DNA from: a virus
Strand: one strand, 5' to 3'
IMG/VR virus record: IMGVR_UViG_3300005056_000004
DNA length: 48,053 bases
The translations under genes and the position numbers were made by a program. Every line of letters starts with the position of its first letter. Position 1 is the first letter of the stretch. Below are positions 25,544 through 34,001 of this stretch, piece after piece. The notes beneath the pieces were generated by a model. That model made no database searches, was not told where the DNA came from, and saw only the letters and a list, made by a program, of their open reading frames with translations.

Positions 25544-27125
25544 AAATGACCCCTTTCATTTTTTTAATTTCAAAACTCTTTCTATCAAAACTCTCATCAC
25601 CACTAATGATATTTTGTAACTCTTTTTGATAGTGAGATATTTTCATAACTCTTATCTGGCTCTTTAGTTCTTCTACAGTGTAGAGACTTAGTTCATCTCT
25701 TAGTAGCAAACCTAGCAACTCTTGCGAGTTCTCTTTAAACATAAGAAACTCTCTTGAGTGATAGATAAACATATTCTCATTTAACTCAGATAAAACAAGT
25801 GTCTTGTTCTCATCATTCGCAGTTGCACTATTTATGATGTTCATCTCACTTATATTTATTGCTTGCAGCTGCACTACTTGTGATGGAACACTTTGTCTCG
25901 CTACTGTTACATGAGATACATTTATATTTAACACTTTTGACACATAGTTCTTGTACTCATCTTGTATGAGCGGCGTAAGAGTTTTTGTAAACGCCATTAC
26001 TTCACTAAGTGCCTCTTGCTTCTTGCTCGGCTCGCTTAAGTTGTAAGAACTCGCTATGTGACTAATGGCAAACTCTATAAGTGGTACTGGATGCTTCATC
26101 ATCTCAAACAACTCATCTCTCTTGTTCTCTCTTATCATGTCCGCTGGGTCTTTTCCCTCGGGAAACAATACAACTCCACCAAAAATTCCATGAGCACTTA
26201 AGAGCTTGCTTGCTTTAAACGCAGCAGCTACTCCTGCCTTGTCTCCATCGAAACACAAAAGAGCATTAGCTTGTGACTTCGCTATGATGTTACAGTGCAT
26301 CTCAGTGAGTGCTGTTCCCATCGTTGCGACTGCTGTTTTTACACCAGCTTGATGAAACATAACTACATCAAGATAACCTTCCACTACTGTAAAAGTTCCC
26401 TTTCTATAGATGTGTTCTTTTGCTAAGTTGTATCCATAAAGATTTCTCGACTTGTCAAAGAGTGGCGTTTGTGGAGAGTTTAAATACTTAGCTCTATCTC
26501 CACTCAGTATGCGACCCCCGAACCCTATGAGCTTACCTGTGTGGTTTCGGATAGGGAACGATATTCTGTTAGTTAATCTAGCATAATTCTTTCCATTATC
26601 ATCCGTAGCTAAAATCCCACACTCTACTGCATCAGGTATGCCAAACATCTCTTGAGTAATACTTTGTATCTGTAAAGAGGAGTTTGGTGCTAGACCTATC
26701 TCAAAAGCTTTTATGCTCTCGTGTGTAACTCCTCTTTCTATAAGATACTTATGAGTATCTTGTTCCATCTGACTGATATAGTAAGAGTTTATGAACTCCA
26801 TCACTTTTGAGTAGTTCTTTTTGTTTAACTCTTTGTCATACTCTAGTGTGAAGTTCATGCTGTTTGCTACATCTTCCACCGCTTCAACAAAACTCAGTTT
26901 TTTGTGGTCCTGTATGAACCCTATGGCATCTGAACCATAGCCACACCCAAAACAGTGACATATCTGTTTTACTGGACTCACCACAAAACTCGGTGTTGTC
27001 TCTCCGTGGAAAGGACAACAGGCTTTGAAGTTTGCACCAGTTTTTTTAAGTTCTATATGATCGCTTAAAATATCAACTATATCTATCTGACTTTTAAGAG
27101 TTTCTAATGAAGAATCTCGAATCAT
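25524..27125 (-). CDS. dnaG: DNA primase (DnaG-type, CHC2 zinc finger plus TOPRIM)
   Basis: CCPFHGETTPSFVVSP...CHCFGCGYGSDAIGF is the zinc finger. VVEGYLDVV and LCFDGDKAG are TOPRIM-like acidic motifs. Confidence 0.9.
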   Translation of the reverse strand: MIRDSSLETLKSQIDIVDILSDHIELKKTGANFKACCPFHGETTPSFVVSPVKQICHCFGCGYGSDAIGFIQDHKKLSFVEAVEDVANSMNFTLEYDKELNKKNYSKVMEFINSYYISQMEQDTHKYLIERGVTHESIKAFEIGLAPNSSLQIQSITQEMFGIPDAVECGILATDDNGKNYARLTNRISFPIRNHTGKLIGFGGRILSGDRAKYLNSPQTPLFDKSRNLYGYNLAKEHIYRKGTFTVVEGYLDVVMFHQAGVKTAVATMGTALTEMHCNIIAKSQANALLCFDGDKAGVAAAFKASKLLSAHGIFGGVVLFPEGKDPADMIRENKRDELFEMMKHPVPLIEFAISHIASSYNLSEPSKKQEALSEVMAFTKTLTPLIQDEYKNYVSKVLNINVSHVTVARQSVPSQVVQLQAINISEMNIINSATANDENKTLVLSELNENMFIYHSREFLMFKENSQELLGLLLRDELSLYTVEELKSQIRVMKISHYQKELQNIISGDESFDRKSFEIKKMKGVIYELKKR

Positions 27126-27134
27126 CTCTTTGCC

Positions 27135-27452
27135 TTACTCTTTTATCTTAGGACTCTTTTTAATTTTCATCCATCTCTTTTTAACCGCTTTACCCATCTT
27201 TTCATTACCAGCATCTTTAGTTAATTCTACGAATCTTTCTATCCTCTTATCTATCTCTTTAGAAATTGAAAGTCGCTCATCTCTCTTGTCTTTAGTTTGA
27301 GATAGTTCTCCAAACTCATCTATCATCACCCCCAACACTTCCATAAGTGCTTCAACTTCCAGTTCTGCATCTGTAGCTTCTATCTCAGTAGCTTCTATCT
27401 CATGTGCCTCTTCTATCATCATTTCTAACTCATTTCTTTTTCTAGCTTCCAT
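27135..27452 (-). CDS. Small, highly acidic protein, function unknown
   Basis: 105 aa with EIEATEIEATDAELEVEAL and a basic C-terminus. Confidence 0.5.
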   Translation of the reverse strand: MEARKRNELEMMIEEAHEIEATEIEATDAELEVEALMEVLGVMIDEFGELSQTKDKRDERLSISKEIDKRIERFVELTKDAGNEKMGKAVKKRWMKIKKSPKIKE

Positions 27453-27583
27453 TGTTTCTCCAATATTTTATCTATCTCTTTTTTGGCTATCGCTAAACTC
27501 AGTGTGTTTTCCTGATTTGCGATTGCATGACCGTTTTGTGGGGTTCCCTGTATCAATCCTAAGACTCTAAGATAAACTCTCAT
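27425..27583 (-). CDS. Possible small ORF (52 aa)
   Basis: The ATG at 27583 lies 3 nt after the stop of the upstream gene. My hand translation gave MRVYLRVLGLIQGTPQNGHAIANQENTLSLAIAKKEIDKILEKQWKLEKEMS. It overlaps the start of 27135-27452. Below the ORF-track size cut-off. Confidence 0.3.
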   Translation of the reverse strand: MRVYLRVLGLIQGTPQNGHAIANQENTLSLAIAKKEIDKILEKQWKLEKEMS

Positions 27584-27586
27584 TTG

Positions 27587-27904
27587 TTACTCATAAAACT
27601 TTCCAACGATACTGAGTAGTTCTTGCGCTATCTCTTCTATATTCTCAATGTCTGCACTGTTTTCAAGATAAAAAATCTCACCATTTTTTATCTCGAAATA
27701 ATCATTTATCTCACAATCAATAATATGATAAAATTCAAAGTTCATCTTTCCTGGCAAGAAACAAGCTGAACCTACTCTGTACCATTTTTTGTTAAACTCT
27801 TGATACTTTAGACACCCTTTTATTTTAAATTCTACATGTGCTTTTGCATTTTCAATAGCATTTTCATAAAATACTATAGCCTGCTGAGTTTCTTTAATAT
27901 TCAT
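27587..27904 (-). CDS. Hypothetical early protein
   Basis: 105-aa ORF whose start forms an ATGA overlap with the upstream small ORF. Confidence 0.5.
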   Translation of the reverse strand: MNIKETQQAIVFYENAIENAKAHVEFKIKGCLKYQEFNKKWYRVGSACFLPGKMNFEFYHIIDCEINDYFEIKNGEIFYLENSADIENIEEIAQELLSIVGKFYE

Positions 27905-28053
27905 TTTTCAATTCTCCATATAAAACCTGTTGCATCATTTCGCAGCAGTTTAGTTAGAAAGCTTTGAAGATATCTCATGTCTCTAGATACTTCTTCATAA
28001 GCTTTACCTTTGTATGTTCCTCTTAGTGAGTAGAGATGTTTAGTCTCTTGCAT
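27901..28053 (-). CDS. Possible small ORF (50 aa)
   Basis: Hand translation gave MQETKHLYSLRGTYKGKAYEEVSRDMRYLQSFLTKLLRNDATGFIWRIEK. There is an ATGA overlap with the next gene and a TAATG overlap with the previous one. Confidence 0.4.
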   Translation of the reverse strand: MQETKHLYSLRGTYKGKAYEEVSRDMRYLQSFLTKLLRNDATGFIWRIEK

Positions 28054-28178
28054 TAAATCTCTCCAAACTTTATATCAGCTTCTGGAACTACTGCTAAATG
28101 TGTAAGTTGTTCTCTGTTTAAAATAGAGTCTATGGCTTTTATTAGAAACTCTTTAGTCTCTATTTTCTTGTAGTCCAT
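28053..28178 (-). CDS. Possible small ORF (41 aa)
   Basis: Hand translation gave MDYKKIETKEFLIKAIDSILNREQLTHLAVVPEADIKFGEI. Its stop overlaps the next start. Confidence 0.35.
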   Translation of the reverse strand: MDYKKIETKEFLIKAIDSILNREQLTHLAVVPEADIKFGEI

Positions 28179-28280
28179 TTATGTAGATGTTATATTTCTT
28201 TGCTTTATCAGCTGTTCATCACTCATCAAGCGAAACATCTCTAAAGCTTTTCTCTTGGTCATCATCAGTTCTCTCCCCAT
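28179..28280 (-). CDS. Possible small ORF (33 aa)
   Basis: Hand translation gave MGRELMMTKRKALEMFRLMSDEQLIKQRNITST. Its TAA is immediately followed by the next ATG. Confidence 0.25.
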   Translation of the reverse strand: MGRELMMTKRKALEMFRLMSDEQLIKQRNITST

Positions 28281-28330
28281 TTTCTTTTTTTAAAAATAGA
28301 TATAATAAATTTACATATTTTTTTTAACAT

Positions 28331-29389
28331 TTAGATTTCCTCAATTGTGATTTTGTATCTTTGTGTAGTAGTGACTTTTGGAAAGTCATTAGGAATATTT
28401 AATTCCCAATATTGGAAATAACAATCTGTTGTATACCAAGAGTTTCCATCCTCTTCATTTCCGCTAACATCTCTTTCATTTATAATCCACTTCTTTTTTT
28501 TCACTTTTCCAAAATTATCACAAAAATCACTGTTTTCTTTAAGTGTCACTGCTTTAAACAAATATTTTTTATCTTTTGCTTCTTCGTGATAATGCTTACG
28601 ACCTAGCTCCAGGGCTTCATCTCTGTTAGTCGCTCTTAATCTGTGCCCACCGCCATGCGGTACACCTTTTTTATGTTGATAACTGATGATGTATAACTCT
28701 TTCTTTTGAACCTCTGGTACTTCATCACTCGTCATTTTCAAGTCTCTGTACTCAGCAATGCCATCTCTTGTAATGAACTTAGTGAGATACATACGATAAA
28801 CTTCTCTTTGCATCGGTTTATCTTTAACTCTTGATATCTCTTCAAGAACAGAGAGTCCTATGTCGTGCTTCGCTTCTTCTAAGTCTTTTACAATACTCTT
28901 GTCCAGTCGCAGGCATCCAAAAGCTTTAGAGAGATATGACTGTGACTTTCCTATCGCCTTCGCTAAGTCTCTCTTACATTCATAATTTCCACTAGCTTGT
29001 AGCTTTCCTATATGAACTGCAATTTCAAAGTCTGTTAAATCTTCCCTTTGAATATTCTCTATAAGTGCCAACTCTAAGACTTTGTCATCATCTACACTTA
29101 TGATATGTGCTTTGATGGTAGTCATGTCTGTCCACTCTTTATGAGCACGATATCTTCTTTCTCCACTTACTATCGTATAGCCATCACCGCGTTTAACTAC
29201 AACAATCGGCTGGAGTAGTCCGTTGTCTTTTATATCATGACCGAGTTCCATCAAAGCTACAGTCTCAAACTCCTTTCTTGGCTGGTCTGGGTTCGGGTGT
29301 ACCTTTGAAAGTTGTAACTCTGCAAAATCACCCATGCCATTCGTCCGCGTTTTGTTGTGGGTTACTTTATCTATCGCTGATAAGTTCAT
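28331..29389 (-). CDS. parB: ParB/Spo0J-family partition protein (N-terminal ParB nuclease-like domain, uncharacterised C-terminal half)
   Basis: LLQPIVVVKRGDGYTIVSGERRYRAH and LALIENIQREDL are classic ParB box motifs. It overlaps the parA stop by 23 nt. Confidence 0.85.
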   Translation of the reverse strand: MNLSAIDKVTHNKTRTNGMGDFAELQLSKVHPNPDQPRKEFETVALMELGHDIKDNGLLQPIVVVKRGDGYTIVSGERRYRAHKEWTDMTTIKAHIISVDDDKVLELALIENIQREDLTDFEIAVHIGKLQASGNYECKRDLAKAIGKSQSYLSKAFGCLRLDKSIVKDLEEAKHDIGLSVLEEISRVKDKPMQREVYRMYLTKFITRDGIAEYRDLKMTSDEVPEVQKKELYIISYQHKKGVPHGGGHRLRATNRDEALELGRKHYHEEAKDKKYLFKAVTLKENSDFCDNFGKVKKKKWIINERDVSGNEEDGNSWYTTDCYFQYWELNIPNDFPKVTTTQRYKITIEEI

Positions 29390-29987
29390 CTCGCAAGCTC
29401 CTTATCTCATTTTTAGCTATTTCGTTTTTTGTGTCAAAAACGCTAGAGCCGACTCCTAGAGTTGTTTTATAAACCTTTCGCGTTCTTATGACAGAGTCAA
29501 GGAGTTTATATTTATTTCCTATTACTTCTTTTATGATTGAAAAGTTACGAGTGAGCGGATGAATGTTGTTAAGTACTATGTTGAACTCAGTCTCTCCAAG
29601 TATGAGTTCATTTATGATGCCCTCAAATGTTTTGAAACCGAGAACTTCCGTAACAGAGTCGCTTATGGGGATGAGCACTTTATGAGAGCAGTCTATAGCT
29701 GTTCTGTTGATGTCGCTATCGAAACCGCCGACATCGACTATATAGAAGTCCGGTCTGTTCGCATCTGCGTTTGTTATAAGTAGTTCTAAAACTTCACTTA
29801 CTGTAGTGGGTTGTAAGACTTCTATGTCATTTAAGCCTCGTATCTCATTTATGAAGTGTAGAGTCTGCTGGAAGTCTAAGTCTACTAACGCGACTGTTTT
29901 CCCTATCTCTTTTAGAGAGTGTGCTAAGTGCCAAGCTAAAGTACTCTTACCGACTCCGCCTTTCGTGTGTGCTACTGTTATTGTCAT
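29367..29987 (-). CDS. parA: ParA/Soj-family partition ATPase
   Basis: The deviant Walker A is TKGGVGKST. FYIVDVGG is Walker B-like. 206 aa. Confidence 0.85.
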   Translation of the reverse strand: MTITVAHTKGGVGKSTLAWHLAHSLKEIGKTVALVDLDFQQTLHFINEIRGLNDIEVLQPTTVSEVLELLITNADANRPDFYIVDVGGFDSDINRTAIDCSHKVLIPISDSVTEVLGFKTFEGIINELILGETEFNIVLNNIHPLTRNFSIIKEVIGNKYKLLDSVIRTRKVYKTTLGVGSSVFDTKNEIAKNEIRSLRDELISDR

Positions 29988-30040
29988 TTTCCTAACCCCT
30001 CAGTTAATTTTATATGTAAGTCTATAATAATAAAAAACAC

Positions 30041-30053
30041 TAAGTGGTATGTG
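30041..30053 (-). promoter_or_regulatory. Conserved operon-leader box, copy D (minus strand CACATACCACTTA), upstream of parA
   Basis: The plus strand reads taagtggtatgtg. The parA start codon is 53 nt downstream on the minus strand, the same spacing as copies A and C. Confidence 0.45.
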
Positions 30054-30078
30054 AAAAACACCCACTTAAAATATGTTT

Positions 30079-30672
30079 TTACCACTTTCTTAAAGTTTTC
30101 CCTCGGGAAATTTCCTCGTGTGTAACTGTTGCATATCTTGCTGTAGTGCTTATGCTCTTGTGTCCTATATCTTGTCTTATATGCTCTAGCGATAAGCCTA
30201 GCTGATGAGCACTGGTGATGTAGCCTGCTCTAAAACTATGAGTAGAATATAAATTTCCCAACACTCTATGTATGAAAGAGTTCATGTTGAGCTTGAGAGC
30301 ACTTACAGTCATCGGCTTGTCAGAGTTGTTTTTCGCAAAGAGATATCCATTGTCTAAAAACATCATTCTTCTTAACATCTCCACTTGAACACCATCACTA
30401 TCGAAGCTAATGAGCCTTGTCGTTTTTGTCTTCGTGTCATTAGATAAGGAGTGCTCATTTGTAAGTATCATCTGCACTACTTCCTCTTTCGTTACATCTA
30501 TAATCTCGCTAATACGACACCCAGTGAGATACAGAAGTGTAAAAGCATTTTGCAGTTTTACTTTAGAACTCGCTTGTAGTGTTATACTCTTGTGCGCAGC
30601 ATTCATAAGTCGCTCATACTCTTTTTTGAGGATCGGCTTTTTTGGTCGTGCTGTTCCTGTTGGTCTTGCCAT
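30079..30672 (-). CDS. Small tyrosine recombinase (197 aa, Xer/FimB-sized)
   Basis: LTGCRISEI (Arg), HSFRAGYITSA (HxxR) and IGHKSISTTARY (His and Tyr). No N-terminal arm-binding domain. Confidence 0.8.
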   Translation of the reverse strand: MARPTGTARPKKPILKKEYERLMNAAHKSITLQASSKVKLQNAFTLLYLTGCRISEIIDVTKEEVVQMILTNEHSLSNDTKTKTTRLISFDSDGVQVEMLRRMMFLDNGYLFAKNNSDKPMTVSALKLNMNSFIHRVLGNLYSTHSFRAGYITSAHQLGLSLEHIRQDIGHKSISTTARYATVTHEEISRGKTLRKW

Positions 30673-30776
30673 TATGTTTCTCCATTTTCTATAAATTTTT
30701 TTACTTCTTCATAAGATACAATTTCGCCATTCTTTTTTGAGATATATCTTGTTCCATAAACAAATCCCACTTTCAC
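30672..30776 (-). CDS. Possible small ORF (34 aa from GTG, or 47 aa from TTG at 30815)
   Basis: Hand translation gave VKVGFVYGTRYISKKNGEIVSYEEVKKFIENGET. Its TAA overlaps the recombinase ATG (TAATG). Confidence 0.25.
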   Translation of the reverse strand: MKVGFVYGTRYISKKNGEIVSYEEVKKFIENGET

Positions 30777-30802
30777 GAAATGTTCACTGATAAAAAGTTT
30801 TC

Positions 30803-31021
30803 TTATCTCGTCCAATATTTCTCATTTTCTTCATCAAACTCTTCATTCCAAGTCTGGATTCTCTGTTTATCACTACTGCACTCAGAACACATGAGATATT
30901 CTTTCTGCTCCTCAATCTCTGTATCGCTCAACTTAAATTTTGCCATCTCCTGGCACTCTATCTCTATCTGTCTAAGAGTCAAAATCTCTTTACAGTTCCA
31001 ACATAATTTTTTTTCTTCCAC
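30803..31021 (-). CDS. Small zinc-ribbon protein
   Basis: 72 aa with CWNC...CSEC cysteine pairs. Confidence 0.5.
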   Translation of the reverse strand: MEEKKLCWNCKEILTLRQIEIECQEMAKFKLSDTEIEEQKEYLMCSECSSDKQRIQTWNEEFDEENEKYWTR

Positions 31022-31054
31022 TATTTCTCATTTTTTAGTTATAATCACTCATTC

Positions 31055-31082
31055 GATTATAAGTGCTTCAACACTTATAATC
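31055..31082. repeat. Perfect 11-bp-arm palindrome gattataagtg-N6-cacttataatc
   Basis: Read directly. It is intergenic, 34 nt upstream of the 30803-31021 start on the minus strand. Confidence 0.8.
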
Positions 31083-31182
31083 TGATGAATTATTATTTAA
31101 AATAATCTCTCAGCCCACTGTTCCATCTTGTGTTCAAACTTCTCGAACAGTGTGCTACTCTTTTTTATAAATTTAGCCATGA

Positions 31183-31374
31183 CTACTTACCTCCTGTATT
31201 TATTTTAGAATTTTTGATATATATATTTATACAAAAACTTTTGTCTATATTTTGCTCACTAATGAACTCTCTCATCGTTGTCGTTCTCCCTTTGTCAAGC
31301 ATTATCTGCTCAACTCTAAGAAAGGCTGCTACATCTTTTAGTGTTTTTTTACTTGCTGTATTATTTTTCATCAT
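31183..31374 (-). CDS. Hypothetical small protein
   Basis: 63-aa ORF overlapping the stop of the upstream gene. Confidence 0.45.
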   Translation of the reverse strand: MMKNNTASKKTLKDVAAFLRVEQIMLDKGRTTTMREFISEQNIDKSFCINIYIKNSKINTGGK

Positions 31375-32092
31375 CTTCTCCCATACTAAGATCTAGTTTC
31401 ATCATTCTTCTGTCTTGAAGTTTTTTCTTATATTTATCCTGTATTTCTTTTATGATAGTTAGTGCCTCTTCAAACGCAGCAGCTGGTATGTAGATATATG
31501 ATGGGACACCAAGTTCGTTATTGAGTTTAGAATAGATTGCTTTAGTTACTTCACTCTCGCACTCTTTATAAAAAAATGCTTGTACTGGGATTTTAGTTTC
31601 ATTTACAGCACCTCGAATTTTTCCAAGTTGTTCGGGTGTAAGATTTTTAGATACTTGCTCTTCCTGGTTCTTTAAGATGACACTCATCATTTGCATCATC
31701 TGCTGCAGTACGGGAATGATTTGATTTAGTATCTCTGCACCGCCTGCGTTTGCAGTTGCCATATACTCTTTCTCAACTGCTATGAAGTAGTCACGGACTT
31801 CTTTACCTTTTTGAGTTCGTGAAGCCATACTTATGTGTTTGGCTGTGTCGGTTGTTATTATGTAATCAATTTTGTTTGCACCAGCCACAAAGCCCTGTTT
31901 CTTCCGCTCCTCTTTTAGGGGGAGCGGGATATAATCTACATTAATTTCAAGTCCTAAAACTTTAAGTTGTCGTTTAATCCAGTCAGAGAAATCTTGTTTA
32001 ACCCCAAGAGATTTATGTAAATCTCTTGCATTTACTGCGTTTGTCTCAATCGCACCTATGACTCTTTTCTCTATATTGACTATGCCTTTCAT
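31361..32092 (-). CDS. Antirepressor-like protein (AntA/Bro-type N-terminal DNA-binding domain)
   Basis: NAVNARDLHKSLGVKQDFSDWIKRQL...INVDYI and TTDTAKHISMASRTQKGKEVRDYFIAVEKEY resemble phage antirepressor domains. It is the first gene of the leftward operon. Confidence 0.6.
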   Translation of the reverse strand: MKGIVNIEKRVIGAIETNAVNARDLHKSLGVKQDFSDWIKRQLKVLGLEINVDYIPLPLKEERKKQGFVAGANKIDYIITTDTAKHISMASRTQKGKEVRDYFIAVEKEYMATANAGGAEILNQIIPVLQQMMQMMSVILKNQEEQVSKNLTPEQLGKIRGAVNETKIPVQAFFYKECESEVTKAIYSKLNNELGVPSYIYIPAAAFEEALTIIKEIQDKYKKKLQDRRMMKLDLSMGEDDEK

Positions 32093-32243
32093 ATTTTACA
32101 TTCCTTTTATAATCTTTCTTATATGAAAGTATTATTTCATAATCTTGCCATAGTGAAACTTAATAACATATTAAAATCTTTCTTATTCACAATATCTTAA
32201 TGCATTATCTTGCAAAATAGGAGCTTTTTCGTTACTATTATGC

Positions 32244-32447
32244 ATGAAAATAGAAAAACTAACAATTAAAGACATATCAAATTTTATAGACAAAAACGAG
32301 AACACTATTAGTGGATGGAGCACGAAACAACCGAAACTACTAGAAATAGTAAAACTCGGTGCATTCTGCAAAAAAAACGATTTAGATATAGAAAAAATAA
32401 CTAAGCTGCTTGAAGTCCAAGAAGCTGTTAGAGGGGTTGAGTCATGA
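32244..32447 (+). CDS. Small HTH-like protein (Cro-like position)
   Basis: 67 aa, divergent from the leftward operon. Contains IKDISNFIDKNENTISGW. Confidence 0.4.
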   Translation: MKIEKLTIKDISNFIDKNENTISGWSTKQPKLLEIVKLGAFCKKNDLDIEKITKLLEVQEAVRGVES

Positions 32448-32626
32448 ATATAGACTCTATAATGAAGTATATACTTGCAATAGTATTATTGTTTATTATG
32501 TTTTTGTGGTCTGGTGGCGTTTACGAAACTTTTATAGCTGAAAAAGTTAGAGTTAATAAGATTACAGGTGCAGTAGAAGTTCTTAAAAAAGAAAATGAAC
32601 TTGTAGGTTGGTATGATGTTAATTAA
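32444..32626 (+). CDS. Small single-pass membrane protein
   Basis: 60 aa with the hydrophobic helix YILAIVLLFIMFLWSGGV. ATGA overlap with the upstream gene. Confidence 0.45.
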   Translation: MNIDSIMKYILAIVLLFIMFLWSGGVYETFIAEKVRVNKITGAVEVLKKENELVGWYDVN

Positions 32627-33065
32627 AATAGTAACTATAAGTATAGCACTACTCTTTACAAGCACACTCTGTAGCGATACTATGGATTGGATGTATGAAG
32701 ATAAGTCTGGTGAACAACCGCAAGAAACCACAGTTATAAGAAGTGAATGTGTCAGACCTATAAAACTAAAGCTCATTACCGACAACAGAGATGTTCACCG
32801 CTACAATGAAGAGCTCTATAAATATAGTTCATGTATGACACAGTTTATAAATACTCAAGTATCTTTAGCTAATGCTGCTAAAGATACTCAAAGCAGATTA
32901 ATACATGTAGCATCTATAAAACAAGCCAAGAAAGACTTAACTAGCTACGATAGGCTAGATAATGTAGATCAAAGACAACGCCACGAAGAACTAGCAAATC
33001 TCAATGGGCTAGGTTATGATGAAGATAGAGATAAAGAGAAAAAAAAGTTAGAGAAAATGAAATAG
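32613..33065 (+). CDS. Putative secreted lipoprotein (moron, superinfection-exclusion candidate)
   Basis: Signal peptide MMLIKIVTISIALLFTSTLC with a lipobox-like STLC followed by S. Confidence 0.5.
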   Translation: MMLIKIVTISIALLFTSTLCSDTMDWMYEDKSGEQPQETTVIRSECVRPIKLKLITDNRDVHRYNEELYKYSSCMTQFINTQVSLANAAKDTQSRLIHVASIKQAKKDLTSYDRLDNVDQRQRHEELANLNGLGYDEDRDKEKKKLEKMK

Positions 33066-33254
33066 CTGAATATATTTTACAAAAACATTAAGTTTTAACC
33101 ATAGAAACTCTTTAGGCATACAAATGTATGTCTAGCACAGACAAAAGCCCTCACAGAGCCTCCTACAGCCATACAAATACCACAAAAACACCACAAACAA
33201 GCAAAAAAATCCCCCGAACCGACGAGCCGCACCTTTCCACCACCACCACAAAAC

Positions 33255-33277
33255 TCGCCGCCATTTGAAAATTTTTT
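33255..33277. repeat. Left copy of a 23-bp perfect inverted repeat (tcgccgccatttgaaaatttttt)
   Basis: Exact reverse complement of 34002-34024. Confidence 0.9.
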
Positions 33278-33569
33278 GGCTCTTTTTTGGTTATTTCGGT
33301 TTTTATGAGTATGAAAGATTTTTTTGAGATAGCTATTATATAAAAGAGTTGAACTTCAAAGGATTTGAGAGTTTGACTCCGTGAGAACTCTGTTTTTACG
33401 GAGGGAATTAGTAAGTGAGTTGGTTTTTTGGAGATTTTCCGTAGGTTTCGGATTTCGGATTAGCGTTTATTTTTCTTAGAGTTGATGGAACTGCATCATT
33501 TTTATGACATGATGAGTGGTCCTCAACTTTTTTAGCACTCTCGGGAAAATTGGTCGAGGTGGTCTAAAC

Positions 33570-33603
33570 ATATTTATTTATTTATTTTAATATATTTATT
33601 TTA
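33570..33603. other. AT-rich tract (candidate DNA-unwinding element)
   Basis: tatttatttatttattttaatatatttatttta, with no G or C. Confidence 0.4.
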
Positions 33604-33744
33604 AGGTGGGAGTGCAAATGTTTAAGTTTAGTCCACTCTTTAAGGTTTAAGCCTTATTTTAGTGGAATATGGCTTAAGGTTAGAGCTTATGAGGTCGTTT
33701 ATGTGATAGTGTGAGTGATTTGTCGAAGTGCTTGCTCTTTCTGC

Positions 33745-33775
33745 AGTAGGTTAATGGTGTAGTAGGTTAATGGTG
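33745..33775 (+). repeat. Tandem 15-mer agtaggttaatggtg x2 (period 16)
   Basis: Read directly in the ORF-free region. Confidence 0.8.
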
Positions 33776-34001
33776 CTTATTATGTGGTGGTGGATTGCTA
33801 TTTGATAGTAGATGTTGGTGTCGTGCTTTTTCTCGTTTATGTTCTGTATGAGCGGTGGGGAGGGTACTTCCCCAAGTGTACTTCTGTCTGAACTACATAT
33901 GAGAGAAGTGCTAGATGAAAATTCATATTTGAGTTGTAAGTTCACAAAAGAGCGTTATTTCTTAAAGCCTGAAAGTAAGTTTCTCAAGATCACTTTTTCA
34001 T

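Noticed and set aside
27135-27452. The highly acidic 105-aa protein as a DNA-mimic antirestriction protein (Ocr/ArdA-like).
   Set aside because: The acidity is confined to the N-terminal half, there is no recognisable family motif, and the C-terminus is strongly basic. The idea rests on composition alone, so it is not reported as a finding.
29278-30694. Plus-strand ORFs opposite parB, parA and the small recombinase (29278-29472, 29559-29783, 29806-30027, 30410-30694).
   Set aside because: They are antisense to genes with unambiguous ParA, ParB or tyrosine-recombinase motifs. They are shadow ORFs.
30771-30790. tttcacgaaatgttcac as a Spo0J-type parS (TGTTTCACGTGAAACA-like).
   Set aside because: It shares only the TTTCAC half and is not palindromic, so there is insufficient support to call it a centromere.
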